Notes: a model not told the origin generated them from the sequence alone. A stretch of 64,000 bases of DNA from Eledone cirrhosa (GCA_964016885.1 OZ024751.1:17484001-17548000), one strand, 5' to 3'. Shown: positions 48,973 through 63,526, counted from the stretch's first letter. Made by a program: numbers and translations.

Positions 48973-51139
48973 TATATTAACAATTGTTTCATTGATTAAG
49001 CTGTCTAAAAATTGCTAATCACTTGAATTTGTGTCACTCAATTTTAAATACAAGACGTGCTCAACCAAATCATCAGTAAAACTGTTTAAAATTATACACG
49101 GCGTTTCTAATATAGTAGGGAAATTCAAATTACATCAGTAATAACGAAAGAAAAAGAAAAAGAAAGAAGAAAGAAGAAAAAAGAATAAAGATATAAAAGA
49201 GAAAAAGAAAAAGAAGAAATAATAAATAAATAATAATAAATAAGTTATAATGAAGATGATAAAAAATAAATTAAAAAAATGTATATGTGCGGAGAGAAGT
49301 AAATATAATATGATTGTTGAAAATAGTTGTGGTGTTGCTGGTTAAAATATAAACATATGGTGGTATAAACATGAAAATATTAAATATATACATATATGTA
49401 TTGGTTAAATTAGTAAATTAATAAATTGGAAGTTATGTTAGAAGTGAAGAGAATATGATATAATGTAAGAGGTGAAATATATTTAGAAGAAAATGAAAGG
49501 GAGAAAAGTTAGGAGGTTATGATGTTTTTTCATTGATTAGTTGATTTATTGACAGTTAATAATAACAATAATGGGTTGTTATCATAGATTCGGGTGGTAT
49601 AATTTGAATTATGGAATTGTTGTGTCGAATCAAGTTGGTTTGAAATTGGCGAATTTAGTAGCTGCTTTATGCCTACAGAAAATTGACCGTTCAATTTGCT
49701 GTTATGAAGCATTTTGTCATATTTTAAAATATGGAGCAACTCCATATTGCAAAGTCCGCAGTGGTACATTCCATATCGTAGGCCTTTGCCCCTGACAATT
49801 TCGACCAGCTAATCCAGTATTCTTGGTTTGTATCCTTAAGCTGCCAGATTTTATTGGCGAGCGTTGTTGTGTTCATTAGTTTACGATTCTTTATAGAATA
49901 TCTGTGGACGTACTATCTTTTTTTAAACTCCCCCGCCGTAGAACCTATGAAGTGACATGCTAAGTTGTCTGAATTCATAATACACAGATACACTATATTT
50001 GACTCCAGGCATCTATTTTGTAGTGGGCACTTATCCGGTAAGTGATAGTTACATTTTGAGGCTTTCCTGTGTGCGGGTTCAACGATGCGGTTTTGTATGT
50101 TGTTATGTATGGGCTGAGATTTGTGTTTGTTGATGTTTTGTTGTGATGCGTTTTGACGTGTGTGTGGTCGTGATGTTGTTATGTGTTTGTGATTTGTATT
50201 TGGTGTTATGGTGTTTGTTTGTAGGGGTTATTTCCATTAGAGATTATTTTATAGTTAACTTTATGTATGTGTGATTCTTTGTTGATTGCAGTAGAGTAAG
50301 ATAGTTTGATAGTATTTCTATTAAAAATGTTATGGTATTTGTGAAGTTTAGGGAAGTGCTTATCAATTAATTTAAAGAATGTAGAAGGTATTTTGGTTTT
50401 TATAGAGGAGTTAAATATTGGATTGAACCATAAGTATTTCCTATCTCTGGATCTTCTATAGTTCCTATGGGGTCTTTATATTAGTATTTGGTTCATTTAT
50501 TTCTGGTGCTCGTTGTCTATTTCTATGTTTAGTCCTCTTTTTATTATTTCTATAGGTGTGGGTAGTGTTATTGTTGATAAGTGTGTTGTTGTTGTTTGTA
50601 TCTGATATGTATTTGAGCCTCTCTTTATGTCCTGCCTTAAGTAAAGCTATGTTGTAGTTTCTTGCGTGTTCATTAAAAATCCCTAGGTTAGAAGATAAGC
50701 GTGAAATTCTAACGGATATACTATGTGCTATGGAGTTAATTGTGGAGCGAGGGTGGTTTCAGTTATAACTAATGTAGGCTAGACTTTCGTTATTTTTATA
50801 GAGGGGCTCTATTAGTCCTGTGTTTAGGTTGAGTGATACATCCAAGAAGTTACCTTTTTTAGAGTTGAGTTCAAAAGTGATGCTTAAGCCTAGTTTATTG
50901 AAGAAGGTTCTAATCTTTTTACGTAATCTTTCCAAGTTTTGATTATTTAAGTTTTTAGCTAAAAGTAGTGAATCGTCTCTATAAATTCTTCCCTGGAGTA
51001 AAATCTAGCCTCATTATTTATAACTCAAACCACCCTCGCTCCATAATTAACTCCATAGTACATAGTATATCCCTTAGAATTTCACGCTTAACTTCCAACC
51101 TAGAAATTTTTAATGAACACGCAAACTACTACAATATAG
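48970..51139 (-). mobile_element. Penelope-like retroelement with inverted 5' segment
   Basis: Minus-strand remnant ~50995-49636: IYRDDSLL, NFLDVSLNL, NHP..I..RISRLS, WFNP, CPL..CL, CGLCNME, CRH. 51008-51139 is an inverted copy of ~50645-50785. Hammerhead-like motif at 48971-49083 (CTGATGA, TTGGTTGAGC/GCTTAATCAA, GAAA-CAATTG-TT; weak stem I). Confidence 0.85.
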
Positions 51140-51140
51140 C

Positions 51141-51700
51141 CGGATTGGCAGTATCGGTAGAGAGTTGGACGCCATGCTTTCCAGCATAGTTACGTCCCTT
51201 TACGGTCTGAGTTCAAATCCCGCCGAAGTTAACTTTGCCTTTTATTCTTACGGGGTCGATAAAATAAAGTACCAGTAATATACTGATATAATTGCTGGCA
51301 TTGTGCCAAAGGTAGAAACAATTTTTAATAGGCACATATGATGGAACAGGAGCATCATCGCCGATAGAGAAGCACTTTAACTTCAGCATAAAGATAAACC
51401 TAAGAAACATATATTATTTATTAATCCACAAGGGTGGTGGATTGGCAGTATCGGTAGAAGGTCAGACGCCATGCTTTGAAGCATGGAGTTACCTCCCTTT
51501 ATGATCTGAGTTCAAATCCCGCGGAGGTTAACTTTGCCTTCCATCCTTACGGGTTCGATACAATAAATACACTGGGATAATTGCTGGCCTTGTGCCAAAA
51601 ATAGAAACAATTATTTATTAATCCACAAAATCTTAGCCCACCAGTGTATGATCAATAATATTTGTTTCTACTTTAGGCACAAGGCCAGCAATTACCCAGT
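51141..51700 (+). mobile_element. SINE family A cluster
   Basis: Copies at 51141-51322 and 51432-51613, plus an inverted 3' fragment at 51660-51700. Confidence 0.85.
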
Positions 51701-52787
51701 GAGCGGGAATATGCTTAAATAAAATGAATACTACAGCTTAGATCTGTTAATTCATGCGGAGTCATTATAAAAAAAACTCACGACGTTATAATTTCTGTAT
51801 CTTTATTTTGGTAATATTGTTTAAAATTCTAGTCGATAAAATAAACACTATATTAAATTGGATATATTTAACGTTGTTTATGATAAACTTTATCGAAGCA
51901 GACGCTGAGTGTATTACTATTATTCGATTTACTGGAGTTAATAGCTTTTCTAATATTCTTATAAATATTCCCTAGAATTTACTAGTTAACTAATCCGATC
52001 TAAAGTTCAGCTGTGTTGATTAAGTTATATTAAGTGGTGGAAGCAAAGTCACAAGCATGCACCTTGAATCTGTTAAATATTATTCTCCTCAGGTTTTCGG
52101 TTTAAGGATTATACTATCCTTTTCCACCAATTAATTCCTAATACCCTGAAATAGGTCATAGCCGAGACATTCCATCTTCGAATAGCATGTACAAAATAAT
52201 GAAATTCTTCGTTCCAAATTATCATCAGTAACACAAACATGAGCACGAGCGGGATTATCGTCATCATCTTTTTTTCGTTGTCATCATCGCAGACATCAGT
52301 ATCATCTTCATTATCAGCAGCACTCTAGCCATTAATTATCATCATCATCGTCATCATTATAATGACAATCATCATCAACATACACCATGTCAATTCTCAT
52401 CCCTAATCTCTGTATTTCTGACACCAGTAGCGCTCTTAATACCATCCCCATCACCACTTGATTATCAACACGGATATATCGCATAGAACACTACCATTAC
52501 CACGATCATGAAGAATTCTTGATGTTTGATTCTTATGTAAACCTGTCTATTGACATCAACATTATCATAGGTCACCAATAACAATTTTAACAATACTTCC
52601 ATCAACAGCAGCAGTAGTAGCAGCAGCAGCAGTTAGAACATTACCATCTTCACTGATCCCAATTATCTAACATATGTTGCTTGATACCGCCACGGGTCAG
52701 ATAACTGGAGATGGATGTAAGCCAGATACGATTTAAAAGACTCTTCCGTTTGGCACTGAGCTCCAGTAAATTTTCCGATCCGTTCTG

Positions 52788-52972
52788 TGGATTGGCAGTA
52801 TCGGTAGAGGGTCGGACGCCATGCTTTGACGCATAGGGTTACGGACTTTGCCATTCTGAGTTCAAATCCCGCCGAGGTTAACTTTGCCTTTCATCCTTAC
52901 GGGGTCGATAAAATAAAGTACCAGTAATGCACTGGGTAATTGCTGGCCTTGTGCCAAAAGTAGAAACAATTA
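52788..52972 (+). mobile_element. SINE family A, consensus-like
   Basis: Full-length family match. Confidence 0.88.
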
Positions 52973-53102
52973 TTTGATATTCGCATTGTCCACCATCTCC
53001 TTTCATTACTTTGCAATATACTTTCATATAACATTAGCACCATTAAATCTATTAGCATCTGCGTATTGATGTTTATAATCCCAAATTACCTTCAACGTGC
53101 AG

Positions 53103-53156
<54 letters not shown>

Positions 53157-53239
53157 TATGTATAAATGTGTATACATATATATATATATAAATATATGCA
53201 TATATGTATATATTTATATATATAGAGTGATCAAGGTAA

Positions 53240-53300
<61 letters not shown>

Positions 53301-53621
53301 TAAACAAATAATGAATAAACAATTCCTTATATTAAACAAAAAAAGTTCATTATTTAACGATCGTTTCTAGGATATATATGTGTGTTAGAATTGGTATGCA
53401 TATTTATCTACATATATATATGCATATTTATCTACATATATATATATATATATATATATATCTTCAGGTACATATTCTGTGGTGACAGTCAAGTCTGCAA
53501 TTTACAACATGTACATACATGTATACATACATAGATATACGTACATGGATATACATACATGGATATACATACATACAAGATATACATACAGATATACATA
53601 CATACATATATATATATACAT

Positions 53622-53666
<45 letters not shown>

Positions 53667-53845
53667 CACACACTATATATATACATACACACACACGTAT
53701 ATACGTAAAGATTTAGAGCGAATTATTAGCATATATTAAAAGTTGAAGCAAACCATTTCTGATTTCACCCTTGAGCGTGTTCTATCATACGAAATTGTTT
53801 TCTGATACTTTTAATGTGTGCAGTATTTTATATATATATATATAT

Positions 53846-53957
<112 letters not shown>

Positions 53958-54122
53958 CGTGCGTATGTGTGTGTTTATATGAATGTATATGTACACATGT
54001 GTGCCAGTGAGCACTTTTTATTGGGTGGTCATGTATGACATCTGTAGAAATTTCTAGAAAACAAATTTCTACAGATTCCATACTTGACAATCCAATATAC
54101 ACACATATATATATATCTCTCT

Positions 54123-54422
54123 ATCTAAGGCGGCTAATATTCCCGAGATCCATGGACGAGTTCTCTCCAGCGGTCTCTGTCCCTCATTATCGCTGCCATA
54201 TCCTGCATCTCCAACAGACCAGTGTCTGTCCTTAGGGCATCAACATATGTTAACCTTGGTCTTCCACTTCTAGTGTGTCCATGTAGGGGCTCCCTTAGTT
54301 GTCATGACTCCCAGGTCTGCCCTGGCCCGGGGTGGTAGTACCTGTTAGGGCTCCATTTATGGGTTAAATAACTACCTTATTCGAGTGGCGCCGGTAAGGT
54401 ATTGTCAGCCATTGAAAAGAAA
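54123..54422 (-). mobile_element. Chimeric RTE fragment: 3' end plus inverted 5' module
   Basis: 54123-54294 matches 45473-45643. 54295-54422 matches the reverse complement of 47839-47902, with an extra internal ~70 nt. Confidence 0.75.
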
Positions 54423-54436
54423 TATATATATATATT

Positions 54437-54476
<40 letters not shown>

Positions 54477-54550
54477 CGTATGTGTATATATATATATATA
54501 TATATACATATATATAATATATATATATACGTATGCGTGTATATATATAT

Positions 54551-54582
<32 letters not shown>

Positions 54583-54589
54583 GTATGTG

Positions 54590-54681
<92 letters not shown>

Positions 54682-56244
54682 CGTATGTGTATATATATAT
54701 ATATATATACACATACGTATAGAAACGTGTAACCATTAACATAATTTCCAGGGTGATTCAGCTCGAGAAAATCTAAGATAAGGGTAGCCCTTTGAAATAC
54801 ATGAGCAACTAAATACATCCCGCTGCCGTGACCGGAGCAAATTAAAGTGCCTTGTGCATGGTCTCAACGTACAGACCTGAACCTCACTCACGATCCTGCG
54901 GTCCTATGTTGTACACATTAATGCACCTAAGCCACGCATCTTTGCCAATTCTTTGTATACATCACATGAGATTGCAAATTTACTAGAATAAGAGTAGAAT
55001 ATTATAATAAGATAGAATATTTTGTTAATCGTTTTATAATTGACAAAGAAAGACTTGGTCAAAATTGAAGAAAATAGCATCTCAATAGCATCTAGCTAGT
55101 TCGAAAATTTATCACATGGCAGCTAAAATAGCAGAGGCTAAACAATAATTCTGTTTCAAAATGTTTTCCGTTGCTACAAATACGAGATATATTTTTAAAT
55201 ATTCAATTCACAACAGTAATTCAAGTGTCATAAGTCCAGGTTTAGAAGAATCCGTTTTTTCTATTAGAAAAAATGTTTTTTTTTATTTTCTTTCGTTTCT
55301 AACATGACGAAAATGGAAAATTGATGCGACAAGTGCGTGTTAAATGATATTCAAAGACATTTTCTAAAGTAATATTGATAAATACAAGTCTTTTCTGACT
55401 TTGAATGTTCGTATTTCACCAGCTTTGATAATTGTACCTTAAAAAAATTGGTATATATGTTGATTGAGAAATGTGGGTGACATAGGAATAAGCAAATATT
55501 GTATGTGGCCGATTTTAATACTCGTATGTCACCAGACATTTGACATCTGGAGAGTTGGGGTTACTATGCATTACTTACAGAAATAATGTTTTATTTGGTG
55601 TATGAATAGGCTCGCACTAACACTAACACAACGTGATTCATAACACAGAAAGATATACTATACGTCTATGTATACTCAACATACAGTCTTGCTATTGGTA
55701 TTTTAAGCTGTTTTCCAGTCATGGTAATCATGCTAGAACGCCAAATGCTAGTATTTCAGAATCGTTTTTATGTCAGGTCAATCTCGAGTGCTACTGGTAG
55801 TGGGTAACCCAGTACAACAAGTGGCATGGTCGGGTGGTCGGCGACTAAACCGGCAAGCCCACCAAGTTTACTTGGTGAGGAGGGGATTTTGGATACCCTG
55901 CAGGACAAAAGACAACACCTGACAAAGGGCGGAAGAACTCATAAGAGTCAACGACCATCTAAAAAATAAATCCTGCCAAATCAATGGATAGCAGTAGTTC
56001 CACCTGCACGCTTCGAAACACTGGTGTAGTGGTTCTGAGAACAATGCGCCTTTGCAGATGATCAATGCTCCCGCTCGAGTTAGAAGAAAACAATTGACCT
56101 TCAGGAGAAGCAGCGACCTCCGATTGTATTTAGCAACCGAAACAAATATGAAGTACATCAAATCCAATGCTCCTAAGGGCCGCCCTGGTTCTTCTTATTT
56201 GCGAGTGTAAACTCGGCCAGATTAAATTAGATTAGATTTATCCA

Positions 56245-56431
56245 GGTGGAATGGCAGTATCGGTAGAGGGTCGGACGTCATGCTTTGACGCATAGAGTTA
56301 CGGCCCATTCCATTCTGAGTTCAAATCCCGCCGAGGTCAACTTTGCCTTTCATCCTTACAGGGTCGGTTAAATTAAGTACCAGTAATGTACTTGGTTATT
56401 GCTGGCTTTGTGCCACAAGTAGAAACAATTA
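56245..56431 (+). mobile_element. SINE family A
   Basis: Family match. Confidence 0.85.
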
Positions 56432-56982
56432 TTTAGGACACTTACACGTGTGATAATGAAGTGTAGACGCTATTTCTTACACATAGATTTTCAGAATAAT
56501 AGATTTTTTTGTTATACTTCTTTGCAAATTAAGCAGGTGTGATGGTCTAATACAGAGGCTCTCATAGTAGGCGCTACCACCCCGGGGGGTATTGAGAATC
56601 TGGGCGGTGGGAGCCGTAGGAATGATATAATAGTGTATCAGATTCATAATTTTTTTATTATATATAGATTAACGATTTTATTTATTAAATAAGGGAGCGT
56701 CTTATCCGAAGAGACGTCCAATAGACCGGCAAATACGGTATATTATTAATAATTTAGCATTAAGAAATAAATATTGCCACGAAAAAAGCCATAAAAAATT
56801 GCGGAATATATTTACGATTCCGTGAATATGCGAATATATGGTTTCCGCGAAAGTCAGGACCGCGAAAGGCGGGGGTTCAGCGCTTAAAATCCGAGAATTC
56901 GGCTTCGTATATTGTTTACATAAATTAGAAATGTGTATATTTTCTCAGCAGCTAATTTCCGTTTTTTTTTTCTCTTCAACAG

Positions 56983-57387
56983 ATGGTGAAAATGATGATT
57001 GCTATGGTGGTTATATATGCTCTTTCCTGGCTGCCTCTACACGCCATCACACTTGTCGGTGACAATTACCCAGATATCTACTCCGAGGATTATATCAGCA
57101 TCGTATGGATAGCCGCTCATTGGACAGCAATGAGTCACAGCTGTTACAACCCGATTGTTTATTTCAGTATGAATTCAAGATTTCGAGCTGGATTCCTGCG
57201 AATATTCAAGTGCTGCCCGAGAGTGAAGCAGGGAGAGCAATTGATTAGCGAGTACTCAAAAAGCTATTACCACGGGGCAACGTATAACACATCTTTGAAT
57301 ATGACCTCTACTCCTCATAAAAGAAGCGTCATCACCAATTATTATGAAAGAAACAATCACGAAAATATAGAAAGCTCTGTTGTTTAA
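56983..57387 (+). CDS. Terminal coding exon of a class A neuropeptide GPCR (RYamide/luqin or tachykinin receptor-like), TM6-TM7-C tail
   Basis: VKMM..SWLPLH (CWxP), HWTAMSHSCYNPIVY (NPxxY), helix 8 NSRFRAGF, CC palmitoylation site, S/T-rich tail. Preceded by CTAAT branch-like site, polypyrimidine tract and CAG acceptor (AG 56981-56982), phase 0. Confidence 0.92.
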   Translation: MVKMMIAMVVIYALSWLPLHAITLVGDNYPDIYSEDYISIVWIAAHWTAMSHSCYNPIVYFSMNSRFRAGFLRIFKCCPRVKQGEQLISEYSKSYYHGATYNTSLNMTSTPHKRSVITNYYERNNHENIESSVV

Positions 57388-57643
57388 TGAATTCCTACAA
57401 TATATTTTAAATGTGATTTTATTTAAGTTACTGGCCTATGTTCGTAGCACGAGTGAAAAAAAATTGATAACTACTCACCTCATTTAATGTATGCCAAATC
57501 ATGTGTAGCTTCAATCAATATCATCTTGAATGGGTTTTGTAGGAGTTGTGTTTCGTTGGATTTATTGTTTCCAATTATAATTATCATTTTTCCTGCATAT
57601 ATCTTTTTCTTTTTTTTTTGTATTAATCATGCTACTCCAACCA

Positions 57644-57679
<36 letters not shown>

Positions 57680-57702
57680 ACAATACATATATATATATAT
57701 AT

Positions 57703-57969
57703 ATAACGAAGGAGGTGTGGTAAGGAAACAGATGGACCATAACGCACCAGAGTACTCAATACTTAGGGTAGTAGAGTGGGTAATAGGAAAATGTTTAACC
57801 CCAACGGCAGAGCTCAAGCCGTATCGACGGCTATTTCTGGACTAAATTAGAATTTTTAGCGTGGTTAATAAATAGGCTATTTATTTACCACGCTAAAAAT
57901 TTTAATTTAGTCCAGAAATAGCCATCGAAACGGCTTGAGCTCTGCCGTCGGGGTTAAAGATTTTCCTAT
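57703..57969. mobile_element. Fold-back mini-element downstream of the GPCR stop
   Basis: Same 80-nt end as 23102-23181. Arms 57783-57876 and 57878-57969. Confidence 0.8.
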
Positions 57970-58166
57970 GTATATAAAGCCCCAGTGCTAAGAACAATGT
58001 CCAAAATTTGTTGAAAAATACAGAGAGGCATTTTTTATTTTTTCTTGGGAGTCAAACCAGATATATTAATCATGCCCCCCCCCCTCCCAACCAAACTTCC
58101 ACATATATACATTTAAACACACACACACACATATATGAGCATGCATATGTATATTTGATATACATA

Positions 58167-58317
58167 TATAATTGAATATAAAAGAGAGGTAAAACACAGA
58201 TATATACATATATCTGTTCAAATCGTAAGGGACCAGATTCGCTTACCAGATTCGTCCCTTACGATTTGAACACATATATATATATCTGTGTTTATCTCCC
58301 TTTTATATTCAATTATA
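58167..58317. repeat. Imperfect fold-back
   Basis: Arms ~58167-58234 and ~58254-58317. Spacer has ACCAGATTCG twice. Confidence 0.75.
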
Positions 58318-58413
58318 TTACACGGCCCAGAAAAATCTCTTTCCTTGAGCTATTTATATGTAAGAGACCATTTTGAGTTTCTAACTCAATATATACCTTC
58401 AATATACATATAC

Positions 58414-58493
<80 letters not shown>

Positions 58494-59533
58494 CCAGTGA
58501 TAAGAGATTAAGAGATAAGATTATTATCAAAATTTTTATCAAAATATACTACTGATAGATTTTACAATAACTAAACATGTCCAAGAGTGAAAACTAAGTT
58601 ACGCAAAGCTTTACTGTATCTTTCGTGTATGATACTAATCCTTATTTTGAATAAGAGTATTTGGGGAAAAAACTATAATATGCAGCCTTACTTATATATG
58701 GCTTGTTAAACATATTATAATGCTATACTTATACATGGCTTGTGTATAATTTTTATTATTATATTAATAACCTTGGTGTATAGCACACAACCAGATTTCT
58801 ATATTAAATATATTTGTAAAACCAACATGTGCTTGCTACAGCTCGAATAATATGGTAAGTTTAGCTGGTGACTAGTTGGTTTGCTCTAAACATTCTAAAA
58901 TCTATGTAATAGGATAGATTGTGCTTCACTGCTGAGGTCTAAGACCGAAACATGTACAGAGTTATTCCCATATTCTTGTATTCCGACCCATTTTATAGCA
59001 GCATTAATCCTTCAGATAAATATTGTTATGTTATCATAAAGAAGAATGTACTTTCATGAAACGGGTTGATTTTTTAAAACTGTTAGGGCTTGCTTCACTA
59101 TACTATATCTATACATAACTGTCAAACGGCCATGTCTTACGACATACAGGTGGTATCACATGGCCACAGATTGCACTGACACATGAAAGATTAATCTTTA
59201 ATTGAGTCATTTTAAGGAATCATGCATGTATGTATTGTGTGTATAGGTTAATGTATGCATGCAAGTGTGTATGCAAATATGTATAAATATGTGTATGTAT
59301 GCAGGCATGTAATTATGTATTTATGTATGTCTGAATGTTTGTATGATTGTGTGGACATATTTATGTATGTAAATATGTATGCATGTATGCACGTATGCAT
59401 GTATATATCGACAGTCGATCGACTTTCGTCAAATCGGACCGAGAAACAATGTTTTCGTTGGTCTTTCCAATTGCTAATACTATCTATTGGTTGCAACTCC
59501 AGGTAGAAGGAGCAACCAATATATATATAAATA

Positions 59534-59567
<34 letters not shown>

Positions 59568-59694
59568 AATAAATATATATAAATAAATATATATATAAAT
59601 ATATATAAATAAATATATATATAAATATATAAATAAATATATATATATATAAATATATATAAATGTATATATATATAAATATATATATAAAAGG

Positions 59695-59910
59695 AACGAT
59701 CGACTTTCGTCAAATCGGACCGAGGGAACAATGTTTCCGTTGGTCTTTCCAATTGCTAATACTATCTATCGGTCGCAACTCCAGGTAGAACGAGCAACGT
59801 GAAATAAAGTGTCTTGCTCAAGGACATAACGCATCGCCCGGTCCAGGAATCGAACTCACAATCTCACGATTGCGAATCCAATTCTCTAACCACTCAGCCA
59901 AACGCCTTCA
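59695..59910 (-). mobile_element. SINE family B
   Basis: Full-length copy. A tail-only copy is at 59413-59517. Confidence 0.88.
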
Positions 59911-61390
59911 CAATGCATATATGTGTGATATATAAAATTAGTGACAAACTGTAACAGTACGAATCAACCAATGAAAGCTTGTCACATTCTTTCGTTCGCT
60001 CGTCTTTCGTTTGTCTTTCTGAAATGCAAAGCCTCGGGTGAAATTGCGTCATTGGCCCAGCGGACCGAACTACAAAAGCATCACGCCCGGAAGATAGTGA
60101 GGGAGATGCGCTGACAGAGCCAGTTCAGCTTGTGAGACTCGTTCTTGTCAATGTCCATCTTCACTCTGATCTTAGCTACTTGGCTACTATGCTGAGCACA
60201 AGCGGTCAAGGAATCTATCCGCAAGACCAGTACCAATTTCTTTAATCAGCATATCACGTAATATAACCCTTCCAAATGACCAATCTCCATCAACACGAAT
60301 CTGTGGGATCGTGATACATAGATACATACATACAAACATTCGGACATACATACTTACATAATTGCAATACATACATGCATAAATAGAAATCCACATATAT
60401 ATACATATTTGAGAAAATATTTCAGTCGCTTTATTAAAACTCTCAGTAGCAACGAATTAAATTGTGTTTTCGGCCAAATTAATTGGGAATTGGTGCTGGT
60501 GTACTTTTAGTTTATTGCGAAGAAAGTTTTACCGAAAGTCATATGGTATAATAATAATTTTCTATGTAAGTGTTGGAATAATTAAAACAAATTTAAAAAC
60601 CATATATAAGTTATTTGTGTAAATTTTCAATCAGTTACTTCCAAAACATGAACAAATTTTAGACTGTGATTCTGCTTATATTACTGTTTCATACAATCGC
60701 ATATTTTGAAAAAATTTTGTATGTTCTGTTTAAATGCCTGGTACTGTTGTGTATAGTTGAAGTGTACCTTGCCTATTTTTCTATTATTTGTATGTATTTT
60801 ATTGTTGATCAAATAACTGGCGCCTCTCAAATGAAGGTATATATCTGCTTTTGCCTTCCCATTACTTGTCAGTTTCCCACCAACCCCAGGTACCCATGAA
60901 AATAAAAATGTCTTTCCTCAAACTACTCCTTGTGTTTCTATCAGTTTCGCTCCCATTTGTGGCTACTAAGTGATGGCAATAGTTGTGTTAGGCGCATATC
61001 ATATTTCTCACGCGGGACTCACTTGGATCCCATAAGAGCAATTTCAAACCTAAGGGAATAATTTTAGTTAAGGGGGAATTGGTGAGGCATCAAAACTGTA
61101 AAATAATACAGTACGTTGTGCATATATGAAGCGAACGGGTATCAGCCATATAATCAGTGATCTCGATTCCCGAGATGTATTTTCCTCCACGAACTCGGGG
61201 GGCGGGCATCTTACTTGAGGAAGGAATCTCGGGAAATGGATTAGCTGATGAAGCGAGTATCACTGAAAGTTCAGCTTGTTAATGCTTTCGGTATCATATG
61301 TGCAAGATGCAGCTAAGATGTAGCACCTGGCGAAGGTTGTACACTTCACCTTCTCCCAAATATCTCTCTTTTCTTATTTTCTTTAATGTA

Positions 61391-61608
61391 GGGGGTGGAT
61401 TGGCAGTATCGGTAGAGCGTCGGACGCCATGCTTTGCAGCATAGAGTTACGGCCCTTTATGATCTGAGTTCAAATTCCGCCGAGGTTAACTTTGCCTTTC
61501 ATCCTTACGGGGTCGATAAAATAAAGTACCAGTCACGCACTAGGGTCGATTTAATCGATTTTGCCCTCCCAAAATTGCTGGCCTTGTGCCTATATAGGAA
61601 ACCATTAT
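61391..61608 (+). mobile_element. SINE family A, long variant
   Basis: Family match with an extra GGGTCGATTTAATCGA segment, also seen in the 26268-26485 copy. Confidence 0.85.
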
Positions 61609-62841
61609 TTTCTGTAATGTCTATATACTCAACTGATAAGGGAAATCACGAATTAACAGTTCACAAAAATGTGCTGCTTCAGAATTAATCCAATTTGGGA
61701 CTAGAATTATTGACATACGAAAAGCGTGGTCATACTAATACAGTTCAAGGTTGAAATATCATTGGACGGCAATTGAAATTGAAGGAAGAATTGAGAAAAA
61801 TTGAGACTATAAAGGTAGGAATGTGACCTGTGATTCTGAGAACCACTGACATCTATTGTGGCATATACAATTCTGGGTATTCGCTTGGGAATCTTTTTTT
61901 TTTTTTTTTGTTTAACTTCTTTGTGTTTAAATTTCTTTCTTTTTTCGTGCCTCTATGCATCAATTTCAATGTGTTGCGCAAACTCTATAACTCTGTCAGA
62001 CTATGTAAGATGGGATGAAAAAAAAACAACTGGCCGGATATTGAAACAGATTGCAAATGTTGTGGTAATTGTTATTTGCGATTTACTTTGCTACAGATAC
62101 CAAATCACTAATAATGAAGTTATCATTATGTGTAATAAAAACAAAAACAACTAGAGCAGCAACTAAAACAAAAACAGCAACAGCAAAACAGCACTGTAGC
62201 ATCCACTAACACTGCAGCTGCTATTATGAACAATTACATCATGAACAACAACAACAATGTGGCATCCATTAACATTGTAGCCGTCAGCAAGTACAATTTC
62301 ATTATAAACAACAACAGCAAGGACAACAACAACAAAACTGTGGCTGGCCTGCACAACAACAATTATATCAGAAACAACAACAACTAACAAGATAGCCAAC
62401 ATAATGTCTTACAAAAATATCAAAGCACAGTAGACACCATTGCATAAAACACTAACAACATACAATCTTTTACCTTTGCAGTTATCATTACATCAAATAA
62501 CAACATAACCTTCATAACAAACTTAAATAACATTAATAAAAACACTAACAATATCCATACGCTGGAGACTTTCTCACATTCATTTGCAAAACCAACCAAT
62601 GTTATCGAGAACAACACAAATTAAATACTGCTGTTATTTGTATTGAACATTTTCTAAACTTAATAAACGGCTGGTACAAAAGACAGAGAGCTATGAGGAA
62701 ATATATACCAGACTACTGGAGTCTGTTAATCATCGAGTCTATATTATTATAATTATTGAATAAATAGCCATATATATAATATATATATATATATATATAC
62801 AAAGTGTTAAAACGATCAAAATTTAGTTTAGAACATTTATT

Positions 62842-62888
62842 TGCTGACAATTGTTTCTTCCAGGGGGAAGTCTGGAATCATCGGAGCA
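62842..62888 (-). ncRNA. Minimal type I hammerhead motif, CCGAUGA core variant
   Basis: Minus strand: TGCT-CCGATGA-TTCCAG ACTTCCCC CTGGAA-GAAA-CAATTG-TC-AGCA. All three stems are intact. Confidence 0.75.
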
Positions 62889-63263
62889 TAAGGTATGTTG
62901 AAACATGTAACTAAAATCCTAGTCATTTAGAACATTTAGGGTACATAATTGTTATTAGTGTTAAAGGCATCATGTGGAGAATCAGGAGTTAAAAAGATGT
63001 TCTGCTTGAAAGAATACAATTACAGGCAGCACTGATTGGAAGTGTAGTAGGTATAAGTAAAAAGCACAAACAAAAAAACACAGGCATAGAAGATATAAGC
63101 AAGCATAATTGGTGTACAATGCAGGAGTCAATACAGTCAATAAGGCATGTATGATGAAAGAGGTATAATGCAGTTGAAATAAACATATTTTGTGTGGGGT
63201 ATTATAATTGTTATAAATGTTTAAGATAGTGTGCAATATGTTAGAAAACAATTTGAAAACAAA

Positions 63264-63413
63264 GAGAAAGAAAGAGAAAGAGAGAGAGAAAGAGAGAGAA
63301 AGATAAAGAGAGCGGGAGAGAGACAGAGAGAGAGAGATAGAGAGAGAGCAAGCAGGAGAGCAAGCGAGAGAGTGAGCTAGAGAGATAAAGAGAGGGAAAT
63401 AGAAAGAGAGAGC

Positions 63414-63449
<36 letters not shown>

Positions 63450-63470
63450 GAGAGAGAGTGAGAGAGAGAC

Positions 63471-63526
<56 letters not shown>

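Noticed and set aside
55845-55890. CAAGCCC...GGAGGG twister-like words
   Set aside because: Pseudoknot pairings could not be assembled, and the second copy lacks the words.
61223-61280. GISGNGLADEA (RNase H-like) overlapping CTGATGA...GAAA
   Set aside because: Too short and isolated for a protein call. As a hammerhead it lacks stem I and has only a 2-nt loop III.
62140-62630. (CAA)-rich tract with V/L-rich antisense ORFs; similar (CAT)n tract at ~52255-52630
   Set aside because: Degenerate trinucleotide low-complexity sequence with no domain motifs.
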